Shown: positions 38,369 through 48,682 of the stretch, piece by piece
Position numbering within the stretch: position 1 is the stretch's first letter
Layout: each line of letters opens with the position of its first letter
Origin: an uncultured Candidatus Saccharibacteria bacterium
GTDB taxonomy: Bacteria; Patescibacteriota; Minisyncoccia; Phycocordibacterales; UBA9973
Direction of reading: 5' to 3'
NCBI GenBank assembly: GCA_964450735.1
Contig: CAYVDC010000003.1
Coordinates: forward strand, 40,342-104,341
DNA: 64,000 nucleotides
Position numbers and translations under genes: made by a program
Notes under the pieces: generated by a model
What the model saw: only the letters and a program-made list of their open reading frames with translations
Told to the model about the DNA's origin: nothing
Databases searched by the model: none

Positions 38369-39289
38369 TTACGGAACTCCAAGAGTGAATAAATCAATTA
38401 GATAGTCGGCTGATCCTGAAATCAGCGCAGTTCCCAGTATGAAGCAGACAAGTGCAATCGCGTTTCGTTTGGTAAATGGTTCTTTGAACCAAAATACTCC
38501 GATAACAATTGCAGCTAGAAAGCCAACTGAGCGTAAAGCAAGCGTATAGGATGTTTGCGCTTCTGTGTATGCAATCAACGTGAACGTAAAGGAAATTGCT
38601 TGGAATACGCCGAGAATCAAAAGTCCTTTGAGTTTTGTTGAAACTCGGATTAGTTGCGTGCGCTGCATTCTTTTGCTAAATGTTTGAGCAATGAGCGACA
38701 AGAATACAATTCCTGCAACAAACGTATTTGCCATGCTGTAAAATCCTGGCGATGAGGCCAGCGTAGCTACTTTGTCGAGTGAGGAAGTAAAAGCCATACA
38801 TGCTGCTGCTAGGATCATAAATATGATTGAGCGGTGGTATGTTATTTTTCCATTGTCGTCTTTTTTATCAATGAGCGATAGATACGTGCCGAACCCCATA
38901 ATTACGATGCCTACTCCTCCCGTGCGTGTTGGGAATTCGTGCAGCAAAAGCATCGAGCTAAACATGTTGAAGACGGGAAGGATGGAAATAATCGGTGTAA
39001 CGTGCGACATGTTGCCGATCCGAAGCGATTCATAATAAAAATAGAATTGAAACGGATAGACACAGCACACCACGATCAATGGCACCCAGAATTTCCAGGA
39101 CAAATGCAAGATGTCAGCCGGCATTTTCATTGAGCAAGCAAAGACAAGCACGATGGTCGGAATAATGGAGAACGCCTGTATGATGAATCCGATGGTGAGA
39201 TTTTGAAATTTCTCCGTCATCTTTTTTTCATATGGCCGTTTCCCCGCAGAGATGAGAGCAGCAATGACAGCGTAGGTTAGCCAGTTCAT
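38369..39289 (-). CDS. DMT-superfamily (EamA-like) membrane transporter
   Basis: About 10 TM helices arranged as two EamA-like halves. I chose the internal Met at 39289 as the start; the track ORF extends to 39367. Confidence 0.55.
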   Translation of the reverse strand: MNWLTYAVIAALISAGKRPYEKKMTEKFQNLTIGFIIQAFSIIPTIVLVFACSMKMPADILHLSWKFWVPLIVVCCVYPFQFYFYYESLRIGNMSHVTPIISILPVFNMFSSMLLLHEFPTRTGGVGIVIMGFGTYLSLIDKKDDNGKITYHRSIIFMILAAACMAFTSSLDKVATLASSPGFYSMANTFVAGIVFLSLIAQTFSKRMQRTQLIRVSTKLKGLLILGVFQAISFTFTLIAYTEAQTSYTLALRSVGFLAAIVIGVFWFKEPFTKRNAIALVCFILGTALISGSADYLIDLFTLGVP

Positions 39290-39440
39290 AGGTGGGATTT
39301 TGAAGTGAACAAATGTATATACACGAGTCTGTGCTCGCATACGTGCATTTGCCCACTTGTTTTTCAAAGTTGAGCGGTTTCAGTTGATACTAATATAGTT
39401 GCTTAGGTAAGTCAAATAAACTTAATGTAATATTAATATA

Positions 39441-41126
39441 CTAGGCTACTTCGTTCTGATAGCAAGATTCGCAGTAGATGATCTGCTTTGATTCGGGAGA
39501 ATATGAAGTCTCGAATTCATTTGGACATCCCTCGTTCATGCAGTGACGGTGCCAGAGCTTGCGCGGTGTACGTCGGTTCAGTCGATCACGGAATCGGCAT
39601 GGGAAGCATTGCTCTGGAAGCGGCATGTTTAGTTTTCGGTGGAGCATAAGTTCGTCCTGGGTAATTCTAAAAGCAGTAGCGCATGCAGTATGCAGCTTTT
39701 TGCTTTCTTCAGAATCCTGGGAGCTGCAGCTGATCGTTTGCTGTAGAATTGTGTCGTCAGTTTCAGCGATTGATTGCGGAATGTTTGAGTGTTCCAAGGT
39801 GATGGTGTAATTGCGATTGTCGCGGTCATGCCACTTCCAGCCTTTGGCGAGAACCTCTTCTTTTGTCATTGGGAAATAAAATTGAGCAACCGTTTCGTTG
39901 TATGCAAACGGTGAAATAGATGTCGGCATGAATTCTCCCCATTCGCCTGTCTGCTTCATGTGCTCAACAATTTTCTTGGTAAGCGCCTCATAGTCTTCTT
40001 TTGTATATTGTTTGTTGAGAATGCAGTATTTGTTTTTGTTTAATGCTACACAGCCAAAAAGATAATCACAGCTGAAGCAATTTTCTACATAGCGTGAATC
40101 TGAAATATTCCAGGTACGTGAACAGCCAATACTTCGTGCTGAATAGCCAATGCCTTCCATTTCATAATCAAGCTCGTTGAAGGCCATCTCGGTGACATCC
40201 ATGCAGTTTTTGACATGCCACGCGTCTTGGCAGTAGCTTGAATCTTCCGCATCGAACATGCAAAAGTTCGCTTTGCAGTTCTTTACGTCATCAATGTAGG
40301 AGCCAGTCGACTGCACGATCTTTTGGCCTTGATAATACTTTTTTGGCAATCCAAGCGAAAGTTCACTTTGTATTCTTTGTGCTTCTGCGATGTTTGCTCG
40401 TGAGAACGTGAATTCTGAAAGTCTCTTTTTGTATTCTTCTTTGCTGAGCTGTTCATTGAACCAGCAATACGACTTGCTGCGGAGATTCACACATCCGAAA
40501 CAGCTGATGCATCCCTTGCAGTCTTTGAGAAAATAGCTCTCCGTGCAATCAGAACAGTCGTCGAGATAGGCTGATCGAGAACAATTAGTACAGTTGATGC
40601 ATTCATAGAGGAGTTCTGATGTGAGCAAACGATGGCTGTCGATACATTCTTTGCTGCTGAAATAGAGCGAGCCGTACATGGAGTCTTCGCTCTGATCGGA
40701 ACCAAATACCATGTAGCAATTCTTTAGATCCTGGGATTGGTTGGTGTAGTCGCTGTTTACGCATCGTGGATGAGCAATGCTGAGCTTTGGTGTTCGTTCG
40801 CGAAGTTCTTTGAATTGATCGAAGAACGGCCGATTGAAATCGAAATCTGCACCGTATTGCAAACGATCCCAATCATCACTCCACCAACAGCTGGTGCAGT
40901 AAACGGGGCCTTTATAGTCAGGGTTGTAAATTGAAACCATCGGCGTTTCGCACTTGGTGCAATTTCGGCGATAGAGCTCCCACTCATTGCGATCTGAGAT
41001 GCGTCGCTGGTAGCGACAGTCAGGACAAAGAGTTGGTGCAGGCACACCGATCTTTTCATAGAAACTTATGTCATCAGCAGTCGGGCTGAAGTTGGTTCTG
41101 CATTGGGCGCAGGTAATTGCATTCAT
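39441..41126 (-). CDS. cysteine-rich zinc-ribbon paralog C (type I); the start is the internal Met MNAITCAQCRTNF
   Basis: Carries the same N- and C-terminal zinc-ribbon modules, CILNKQY, GEFMP...SPFAYNET, and ends ETSYSPESKQIIYCESCYQNEVA. Confidence 0.8.
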   Translation of the reverse strand: MNAITCAQCRTNFSPTADDISFYEKIGVPAPTLCPDCRYQRRISDRNEWELYRRNCTKCETPMVSIYNPDYKGPVYCTSCWWSDDWDRLQYGADFDFNRPFFDQFKELRERTPKLSIAHPRCVNSDYTNQSQDLKNCYMVFGSDQSEDSMYGSLYFSSKECIDSHRLLTSELLYECINCTNCSRSAYLDDCSDCTESYFLKDCKGCISCFGCVNLRSKSYCWFNEQLSKEEYKKRLSEFTFSRANIAEAQRIQSELSLGLPKKYYQGQKIVQSTGSYIDDVKNCKANFCMFDAEDSSYCQDAWHVKNCMDVTEMAFNELDYEMEGIGYSARSIGCSRTWNISDSRYVENCFSCDYLFGCVALNKNKYCILNKQYTKEDYEALTKKIVEHMKQTGEWGEFMPTSISPFAYNETVAQFYFPMTKEEVLAKGWKWHDRDNRNYTITLEHSNIPQSIAETDDTILQQTISCSSQDSEESKKLHTACATAFRITQDELMLHRKLNMPLPEQCFPCRFRDRLNRRTPRKLWHRHCMNEGCPNEFETSYSPESKQIIYCESCYQNEVA

Positions 41127-41182
41127 GGAGTAAGTATAGCGCGCTTCGCGGGTCTGTAAACTATCTAAGTCATATATACTAA

Positions 41183-41205
41183 AAAGTGTCATTTTTTGAC
41201 ACTTT
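41183..41205. promoter_or_regulatory. palindromic operator-like site AAAGTGTCA-ttttt-TGACACTTT in a divergent promoter region
   Basis: 9-bp perfect arms centred in the 95-nt gap between paralog C (-) and the wHTH-like gene (+). Confidence 0.4.
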
Positions 41206-41221
41206 ATGATATGGTTCAAAA

Positions 41222-42052
41222 ATGCTGTTTTCGAGAAATACGGGAGCGACAATTGAAGAATTGATTATCGAATCGCTTGGCGCACATGCTGTGACAGGCG
41301 CTACTCTTTTGGAGAAAATCAGGAAAACGCTTCCGAAAACGCCGAAAGAGACTTTTTACCGGATCCTCCGTTCCCTGCTTGAGCAGGAAGTTGTGACCAA
41401 GTATGGCATGCTCTATGGAGTGAATCGCCATTGGCTCAAACGCCTTTACCGTTTTAGTAAACCAAAACTCGATCTGACACAGCCAACAAACACTATGAGT
41501 GTACTATCTTTCGAGGAAGGAGATTCCATCACGTACACATTTAAAACACCCAACCTAATGGGAATTTACTGGGCACATCTGTATGATGCGGTGTTTGACC
41601 TTCACTATCCCCAAATACCGATTCTTATATTCCACCCACATGAATGGCTGATTCACACTCGCACTGACTCAGAAACTTTTTTCCTCAAACGTTTTTCCGA
41701 AGATCAGAAACGAGGTCTGTTTTCTATTGGCGGCTCAACTGAACTAGATACAGAATTTAAAAAGAAATGGGCAAACAAGTATCTCGAGGTTGCGACGGGT
41801 GCGTCATATGGATTAAAAAATACTGAGTACTTGAATGTTTTAGGCGACTTTATTTTCAAAGTTAAAGTGAGTGCGCGATTCGCAAAAGATATTGATGGGT
41901 TCTTCAGAAAATATAAAACAATCAATGACGACAACCGAGAAGAATTGATGTCCATCTGCAATCGTCCCGACAAAGTTAAAATGATCTTTACGAGATCGAA
42001 GAAAGAAGCGGATAAATGGCGAGCGAAGTGGAAGAAAGACTTCTTTATATAA
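41222..42052 (+). CDS. hypothetical protein with an N-terminal winged-helix-like region (possible transcription regulator)
   Basis: TGATLLEKIRKTLPKTPKETFYRILRSLLEQEVVTKYG resembles a wHTH. It is divergent from paralog C and convergent with paralog D, overlapping it by 8 nt. Confidence 0.4.
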   Translation: MLFSRNTGATIEELIIESLGAHAVTGATLLEKIRKTLPKTPKETFYRILRSLLEQEVVTKYGMLYGVNRHWLKRLYRFSKPKLDLTQPTNTMSVLSFEEGDSITYTFKTPNLMGIYWAHLYDAVFDLHYPQIPILIFHPHEWLIHTRTDSETFFLKRFSEDQKRGLFSIGGSTELDTEFKKKWANKYLEVATGASYGLKNTEYLNVLGDFIFKVKVSARFAKDIDGFFRKYKTINDDNREELMSICNRPDKVKMIFTRSKKEADKWRAKWKKDFFI

Positions 42053-43796
42053 CCTCTTTTTGGTAGCAGGATTCGCAATACACTTTTTCTGGTCGTTCTG
42101 TCGAATACGTTGTTTCAAATTCAACCGGACACTTTCCTGCATGGTCATGACTCGCCTCTTCGCACATACATGAACGCTGGTAGAGTTCCGGGCTATTTCG
42201 CCAATGAACTCGCTCCACATGTCGGCAGTTGAAGCACAATCGCGGCAGTGGCACATTCATTTGTCGGTAAAACTGCACTTCCTCTGGTGTAAGTCGAAAT
42301 GCTGTCATGCAGTTGGCTCCGCAGTCCTTGTTGTGGCTATTTTCTTCATGATGCATGCATTCAATCACTTCCTGAGTGATTTCGTCAGGCACATCGGCAA
42401 TGCTGTTAGGGAGATTTTTGGATGTTTTAGTAACCGTGTAATTTCTGGTGTCAGGAGTTCGCCAGTTAAATCCGAGTTCAAGTACTTCTTCTTTTGGAAT
42501 TGGAAAATACTCATATCCCTGTGATTCGTTGTAGCCATAGGCGCTAAACATCGGTGGGAAAAATTCTCCGTATTTGTAGACGCGCCCTTTTTCATCGGTG
42601 TACGGCATGTCGATCATGTGCTGAATGATTTTTGGTACCAATGCCTCGTATGCTTCCTTGGTGTATTGTTTATTCAAAATGCAGTACTGTTTGCTATGAA
42701 GTGCGATGCAGCCGAAGGTGTTGGATACCGTTCTGCAGTTGATGATGTATCTCGAATCCGCAGCTGTTAAGGAATCAACTGCAAAAAATGTTCTGTTCAT
42801 TCCGGAACCTGAACCGCTGATTTCATAGGCGAGCTCAATCCCCACTCCTGATGAAGTGAGATCCATTGAGTCCTTGATTGGATCATAAATAATACTCTGC
42901 GAGTGTGCGCAGTTTTGAGCGCCGTTGGAGAAGAAGCAGTTTCGAAGTTCAGATGCGTTGTAGAGATAGTCTCCAGTGCAGCCAAAGTCTTTCAGTCCAT
43001 GTCGAAAACGAACTGGCTGGCTTGTCCAAAAAGCTTCCGCACCTCCTCGAGCTTTTTGCAATCCTTTCCAAGTGTCTAACTTGAACTCTTGGATTTTCTT
43101 TGAGTATTCTTCTTTGGTATATGGCTGATTAAAAATATGATAGCTTTTGTTGCGCAAGTTGGTGCAGCCAAAACAGTCAGTACAACCAACGCAATCTTGG
43201 CTGAACCACACATCAGCACAGGCATTTAAATTGCGAGAAAAAGCTACTTTGTTGCAGTTGGTGCAGTTGATGGCCCAGTAGGTAAATTCACAGAGTTTGC
43301 AGTTGATTGTATCGAAACAGTTTTTGCTTTTCTGCAGGCTTACTCCGTAAGCGCTGTCTTCGGCATATCCAGCATCGAAGCAGAGATAGCAGTTTTTCAG
43401 ATCAATTCCGAGGCTGTATTCGCTGTTGACCTGATTTTGGTTAAGCGTATTGCTTGCTGGAACAACATCAAACAATTCCTTGAACTGCAGAAAAAACGGT
43501 TTTGAAAAGTCATAGTCCTTGCCATAGTCGAGCGGATCCCAGGCATCGCTTCCCCAATATTCCCGATCATACGCCGGCATCAGTGCGCTCGGAGGAACCA
43601 TGGAGAATATCTTCTTGCCAGTCGCCGCGCAGGTACGGCTATACAAATACCTAAAATTACGAAACGCCATGCGACGCATCGCACGGCATCTCCAGCACCA
43701 CGTCGGAGGAGGAACATTTATTTTCTGGTAGAACGAAGAATCATCGGGGGTGATGGTGAAGAAGGTTTTGCAGTTTTGGCAGGAAATGTTTTGCAT
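42045..43796 (-). CDS. cysteine-rich zinc-ribbon paralog D (type II; second N-terminal zinc knuckle lost)
   Basis: N-terminal CQNCKTFF...FYQKINVPPPTWCWRCRAMRR, then AATGKKIFS in place of C..C.K, then YDREYWGSDAWDP. The C-terminal ribbon is intact and the protein ends VYCESCYQKEVI. Confidence 0.8.
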   Translation of the reverse strand: MQNISCQNCKTFFTITPDDSSFYQKINVPPPTWCWRCRAMRRMAFRNFRYLYSRTCAATGKKIFSMVPPSALMPAYDREYWGSDAWDPLDYGKDYDFSKPFFLQFKELFDVVPASNTLNQNQVNSEYSLGIDLKNCYLCFDAGYAEDSAYGVSLQKSKNCFDTINCKLCEFTYWAINCTNCNKVAFSRNLNACADVWFSQDCVGCTDCFGCTNLRNKSYHIFNQPYTKEEYSKKIQEFKLDTWKGLQKARGGAEAFWTSQPVRFRHGLKDFGCTGDYLYNASELRNCFFSNGAQNCAHSQSIIYDPIKDSMDLTSSGVGIELAYEISGSGSGMNRTFFAVDSLTAADSRYIINCRTVSNTFGCIALHSKQYCILNKQYTKEAYEALVPKIIQHMIDMPYTDEKGRVYKYGEFFPPMFSAYGYNESQGYEYFPIPKEEVLELGFNWRTPDTRNYTVTKTSKNLPNSIADVPDEITQEVIECMHHEENSHNKDCGANCMTAFRLTPEEVQFYRQMNVPLPRLCFNCRHVERVHWRNSPELYQRSCMCEEASHDHAGKCPVEFETTYSTERPEKVYCESCYQKEVI

Positions 43797-43799
43797 AGA

Positions 43800-45236
43800 T
43801 TATTTTAGTAAGAAATCTATTTCACCCTTAAAAAGATTACTAAAATCTTGAGGCTTCTCTATTTTATCTGCGATTTTATCTGCGATTTCTCCCTTTAAAT
43901 CACCAATGGATTCACCAGACTTTTTTCTAGTTTGAAATTCAGTAAAAAGTAAGTTATTGAAGTCCTCATAATAATCTTCTAGTGCCTGTTTTTTTAGTTC
44001 GTGGAATCTGCTTTCTCCTAATGTAGTAAGTTTTGTATATTTTTGATTACTTTTTTCACTTGTAGCTACTTGGTCAATAATTATATGGTATGAGTCTCGA
44101 TACAAAGGATGACAAGTAAATAAAGTATTATAAATAGATAAATTTTCAATCCTCTCTTTAAATTTTTCTGTCCTAGTTACTCCCGAGCATGATATAAAAT
44201 TAAAGTCTTGTAAAAATCCCTTTTCCTTGCATTTATTTAAAATTCTACAAATACTACTTTCTTCAACTAAGCAGAGATTGTCTGTAAGCCCGATATCGCT
44301 TGGATCTGCCCCTAGCAGCATTGCAACTTCCTTCATTTTAAAACCACCGTTAAAACCATTACTATCGATATTTTTCCCATTTTCAATTCTGAAAACTTTT
44401 TGGGTTGGAAAATTTTTAGAAGAGTTTATTATAAACGGACTATGTGTCGCAATAAAAAACATTACTTTGTCATTCAGACTATTTTCAGTTATAAATGAAT
44501 CAATTAAGCCAGGTAATATTTTTTGAGCTTCAGGATGTAAGTTATTTTCAGGTTCTTCAATTAGCACAATTACCAGCTCCGGCTTTACTTCTTGAGCAGA
44601 CTTTAAGATTTGTTCAAAAATTCCGTTTAATCGCTCTAGTCGTTTAATTCCCTGAGCTAAATACTTAGGTTTTATTTTATTTCCATTTTGAAAAAAAGAT
44701 CTTGAAGGTGTTTCTTCGAAAGGGTCAACAGGGGTTTCAATTTTTACTTCAATTGGTTCAAGATTTAAATATATGGCTGATTGTTTAATTCTATTAAACA
44801 ATCTTGCCTCAACTCCACTTCCGGTGTTACGACTTGCCCCAATTCCTCTTCCAAAATTACGGGTTGCCTCTAGAGAATCAAAATTTACACTTTCAGCTTT
44901 TTTAATACTACCTAACGCTGTAGGAAAATCTTCAAAATCAGTATCAGCAACAAAATCTAATAACATGGTTCCAGTTATATTTATATTATTACCGTCAGAA
45001 ATAACTTTTTTAATCGTATTATGCTTTTCAAATACAATTTCTGACTCTTTTCCCCACATGAATGTGTTTAGTGCAGGTATTTTATTAATTCTTATTGATA
45101 ATAAAGCTAGTGCGTTTAGAACGCTAGTTTTTCCACTACCATTTTTCCCAACTAAATAGTTAACAAACTCAAGTGATTTGAATTCATTAACTCCTTGTAG
45201 GTTTTTTATGTTTTTAATTTTAAGATTGATAGCCAT
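43800..45236 (-). CDS. OLD/AAA15-type ABC ATPase, possibly with a degenerate C-terminal Toprim-like region
   Basis: Walker A LVGKNGSGKTSVLNAL, Walker B/D-loop VIVLIEEPENNLHP and H-loop ATHSP. The C-terminal LCLVEESS...ISCSGVT...HIIIDQ weakly resembles Toprim. It lies 3 nt from the flanking paralogs on each side. Confidence 0.7.
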   Translation of the reverse strand: MAINLKIKNIKNLQGVNEFKSLEFVNYLVGKNGSGKTSVLNALALLSIRINKIPALNTFMWGKESEIVFEKHNTIKKVISDGNNINITGTMLLDFVADTDFEDFPTALGSIKKAESVNFDSLEATRNFGRGIGASRNTGSGVEARLFNRIKQSAIYLNLEPIEVKIETPVDPFEETPSRSFFQNGNKIKPKYLAQGIKRLERLNGIFEQILKSAQEVKPELVIVLIEEPENNLHPEAQKILPGLIDSFITENSLNDKVMFFIATHSPFIINSSKNFPTQKVFRIENGKNIDSNGFNGGFKMKEVAMLLGADPSDIGLTDNLCLVEESSICRILNKCKEKGFLQDFNFISCSGVTRTEKFKERIENLSIYNTLFTCHPLYRDSYHIIIDQVATSEKSNQKYTKLTTLGESRFHELKKQALEDYYEDFNNLLFTEFQTRKKSGESIGDLKGEIADKIADKIEKPQDFSNLFKGEIDFLLK

Positions 45237-45239
45237 ATT

Positions 45240-46934
45240 TTATATTACTTCTCTCTGATAACACTCCTCACAATAAACCACCTCCTCCCTCCCCGCCTCA
45301 AACGATGACTTTACCTCTTTTCCGCACTTATCACATGTCCGATCATACAACCGAAATCCATTCAGCATTCTAATTCTCCCCATATGCCGGCAGTCAGGAC
45401 ATTCTCTTGGAACTGGAATTCCAAATCGCTTCAAGAGCTGCAGTTCGCCAACCACAATGCGATAAAATTTTCCACAATTGCATTTCAAGATTTCATCGGT
45501 AAAAGCATCTGGAATATCGTTGATGCTATCCGGAATATCCGCCAACTCAATTGTCTGCGTATAGTTCGGCACCGTCGGCTCGATCCATTTGAAACCACTT
45601 TCAAGAATTTCTTCTTTGTCCATCGGGAAATATTGTTCAGCAAATGATTCGTTGTACGCAAACGGTGAAATGTCATACGGCATAAAGTCGCCGTATTTCC
45701 AGACGCGACCTTTGGAGTCCACATACGGATTGGCGTTCATATCCGCAATAATTTTTTCACGAAGGGCAAAATAGTCTTCTTTGGTGTATTGCTTGTTGAG
45801 GATGCAGTATTCTTTCTTGCGCAAATTCACGCAGCCGAAACAGTTTGTTGAACCCAAGGTAAAGATTGAATACTCTACATCGCGGATATTACCCCAGCTC
45901 ATAGCGCTGTATTTGACCTCATACGCCCCTTCGCCCGTATTGGTGACATCTATGCAGCGTTCGACGTTATTACCCCAGTCAGTGATGTCGTACGAGTCTT
46001 TGACGGTTGGCAGCGTAATCATCTGCACATAGGCGCTGTCTTCCGCTCCAGCCTGGTAGCATTGTTTGGCGTTTTTGGCATGAAAGACGTATTCGCCGGT
46101 TGAGTTATGGTTCATGCGAGCATGCACATATCGAATCGGAAACTTCTTCCAGAATTTGTAAATCTCTTCGCGGATTTTTACATGACTTGAATGTTTATCA
46201 AGTTCCATCTCAGCGATCTTTTTGTCGTATTCTTCTTTGGAATATTGTTCGTTGAAAATACAATGGCTCTTGTTTCGCAAATTCACGCAACCAAAACAGT
46301 CAGTACAGCCAATGCATTCCTTGGAGTACCACATGCCGACAGAGCTTGAGCAGTTATTTGAAAAGTAACATCGAGAACTGCCAGAGCCGCCGATCGTTCC
46401 GTAGTTGAGCTCGACATGCATTCCCATGAGCAGATCGGCAGAATCTTTGACATAGGCAAGCGTTGAGCCGTAGTAGGTATTCTCGCAAAAGTCTGCGGTA
46501 AATATCAGATGCGAGTCTTTGATGCTGCCAGCGTGATTGATGTAGTCGCTATTTACCACAGTCGCGTAGTCGGTCACTTTTTGCATCCAAATAGTTTTGG
46601 ATTGCAGTTCGTAGAGCTGATCAAAGAAATTTCTATTCGGATCATAGTCGAGATATGTATCGCTCGGATCCCAATTGTCGCTCCACCAACAGGCGCTGCA
46701 GTAGACTCGCAATCCCCGTTCTGGTGAGAATATTGAAATTATTTTTTTGTTGCACAGTTCGCATTCGCGGCGGTAAAAGGTGCGTTCGTTGCGGAACATC
46801 AGGCGACGTTGAAAACGGCATTCAACGCAAAAGGTCGGTGCCGGTACATTCAAGGAATGGTAAAAATTGAAATCGTCGGAGTCGATAGTGAAGGAGGTTT
46901 TGCAGTTTTGGCAGGTCCGGGTTTCCATATACAT
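45240..46934 (-). CDS. cysteine-rich zinc-ribbon paralog E (type I)
   Basis: N-terminus METRTCQNCKTSFTIDSDDFNFYHSLNVPAPTFCVECRFQRR, and ends with a C-terminal ribbon ...VYCEECYQREVI. Confidence 0.8.
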   Translation of the reverse strand: MYMETRTCQNCKTSFTIDSDDFNFYHSLNVPAPTFCVECRFQRRLMFRNERTFYRRECELCNKKIISIFSPERGLRVYCSACWWSDNWDPSDTYLDYDPNRNFFDQLYELQSKTIWMQKVTDYATVVNSDYINHAGSIKDSHLIFTADFCENTYYGSTLAYVKDSADLLMGMHVELNYGTIGGSGSSRCYFSNNCSSSVGMWYSKECIGCTDCFGCVNLRNKSHCIFNEQYSKEEYDKKIAEMELDKHSSHVKIREEIYKFWKKFPIRYVHARMNHNSTGEYVFHAKNAKQCYQAGAEDSAYVQMITLPTVKDSYDITDWGNNVERCIDVTNTGEGAYEVKYSAMSWGNIRDVEYSIFTLGSTNCFGCVNLRKKEYCILNKQYTKEDYFALREKIIADMNANPYVDSKGRVWKYGDFMPYDISPFAYNESFAEQYFPMDKEEILESGFKWIEPTVPNYTQTIELADIPDSINDIPDAFTDEILKCNCGKFYRIVVGELQLLKRFGIPVPRECPDCRHMGRIRMLNGFRLYDRTCDKCGKEVKSSFEAGREEVVYCEECYQREVI

Positions 46935-46937
46935 ACT

Positions 46938-48677
46938 CTACAGGACTTCCTTCTGATAGCAAGTTTCGCAATACACCTTTTCTGGCCGCTCAGGCGCATA
47001 AGCAGTTTCAAATTCCACCGGACATTTCTGTTTGTGGTCGTGATTTGTCTCAGTACACATACATGAACGGTGCCATAGTTTCCATGGCAGGATTCGCTCA
47101 AGGCGTTTAAAATATCTGCAGTTTGGGCAAAGCCGAGGCAGGGCTAAGTTAAATTTCTGCAACAGTTGTAATTCTTCCTTGGTAACTCGGAAAGCCCCTG
47201 AACAAATATGATTACACTCTTCTGAGTGCTCACACGGCAATGATTCTTGAGTTATAGATTCGGGAATATCTTTGACGTGTTTCGGAAGCGAATCAAACCC
47301 AACTGTACCCTGGTGCCCGCGCTTCGGCTGATCTATCCAGGTATATCCTTGTTTGAGTGCCTCTTCTTTGCTTAGTGGAAAAAGCTCAAAGAGGTTTGTC
47401 TGATTGTATGGAAATCGGGATAGTTCGATTGGAAAATATTCACCATAAAAGTAAGTCCTGCCTTTAGTGTCAATATATGGCACTTTTTTCATCTGCTCAA
47501 TTATCTTGTTGCGGAGTTCATAGTACTCAGCTTCAGAATATTGCTTATTTAGAATGCAGAATTTTTTATGCTTAAGGCCAGTACAGCCGAACAAGTTCTT
47601 AACATGATTGGTGCCGTCGCAATAGGTAATTTCCCGTACGTCGCCGACATCAAAGCAAAAAAGTGCATGGTCGACTCCTCTTCCAGCAACAGAAAATTCG
47701 TATGACAACTCTGCTCTTCCTGACATTGAAAAGTCACAAGAATCTACTACCGGTGATACGGTGATCTGTGCGTAGCGAATATTTTCTGAGTCGTTGATAG
47801 CAAAGGAATGGAATACATTTTTTGAGTTAAAAATAGTGTCCCCTGTAACATTTTCGGATTGCAGGATTGTCGCATATCGATGAATTGCATTGGTATACAT
47901 ATCAGCATATTCTGTTTTCAGTTTTGAGAGCGAATCAAAGCCGCCATCAAGCTCTTCTGTAATCTTTTGCTTGTATTCTTCCTGTGTAAGTTGCTGATTG
48001 CGAAATACATATGATTTATTTCGTAAATTCGACGACATGAAGCAATTGGTACAATTCACGCAATCAAAAAGGAAATGCGATTCCACGCACGCTTGTGATC
48101 GGGTTAGAAAAGAGGAGCCATAGTTTTCGTGCGACGCAACTAATTCATAGCAATTTTCATTGCCGCTAAAATTCGCCGAGTCCATGCACATCCGGTTGCC
48201 GTTCTCGCTTCCCCATGAATAGTACACGTGTTCACTTTTGGTTACTCCATAGGATAGATAAATATTGCTTGATTTGTATACATAATTTGAGAAAACAATA
48301 TTCTCTCCGTTGTTGTTAGTATGCGCCAAATGCAATTGCGGTACGCGCTTCATGAGATCGTGAAATTGTTCAAAAAACGGCTTAGAGAAATCATAGTCCG
48401 CGCTGTATTCACTGGCGTCCCAATCATCTTTGAAATAGCAATCGGTACAGTACACCGTAAATGGTGAATCTGGGGCATACGATGAAGCCATATCTGTGCC
48501 GCATTTTGAACAGGAACGCTTAAAGAGCGAACGCTGGTTTCTGGAAGCCGTGCGGCGTTCCATTCTGCAGTCGGGGCAAAATGTAGGAGGTGGAACGTTT
48601 ACTTTTGCGTAAAAAGCAAAATCTTCAGGAAAAATAGTGAAGTCGGTTTTGCAGTTTTGGCAGGTTCGGGGTTCCAT
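46938..48677 (-). CDS. cysteine-rich zinc-ribbon paralog F (type I); start at the internal MEPRTCQNCKTDF
   Basis: Same architecture, ending ETAYAPERPEKVYCETCYQKEVL. It sits 5 nt after the paralog G stop. Confidence 0.8.
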   Translation of the reverse strand: MEPRTCQNCKTDFTIFPEDFAFYAKVNVPPPTFCPDCRMERRTASRNQRSLFKRSCSKCGTDMASSYAPDSPFTVYCTDCYFKDDWDASEYSADYDFSKPFFEQFHDLMKRVPQLHLAHTNNNGENIVFSNYVYKSSNIYLSYGVTKSEHVYYSWGSENGNRMCMDSANFSGNENCYELVASHENYGSSFLTRSQACVESHFLFDCVNCTNCFMSSNLRNKSYVFRNQQLTQEEYKQKITEELDGGFDSLSKLKTEYADMYTNAIHRYATILQSENVTGDTIFNSKNVFHSFAINDSENIRYAQITVSPVVDSCDFSMSGRAELSYEFSVAGRGVDHALFCFDVGDVREITYCDGTNHVKNLFGCTGLKHKKFCILNKQYSEAEYYELRNKIIEQMKKVPYIDTKGRTYFYGEYFPIELSRFPYNQTNLFELFPLSKEEALKQGYTWIDQPKRGHQGTVGFDSLPKHVKDIPESITQESLPCEHSEECNHICSGAFRVTKEELQLLQKFNLALPRLCPNCRYFKRLERILPWKLWHRSCMCTETNHDHKQKCPVEFETAYAPERPEKVYCETCYQKEVL

Positions 48678-48682
48678 ATCAA

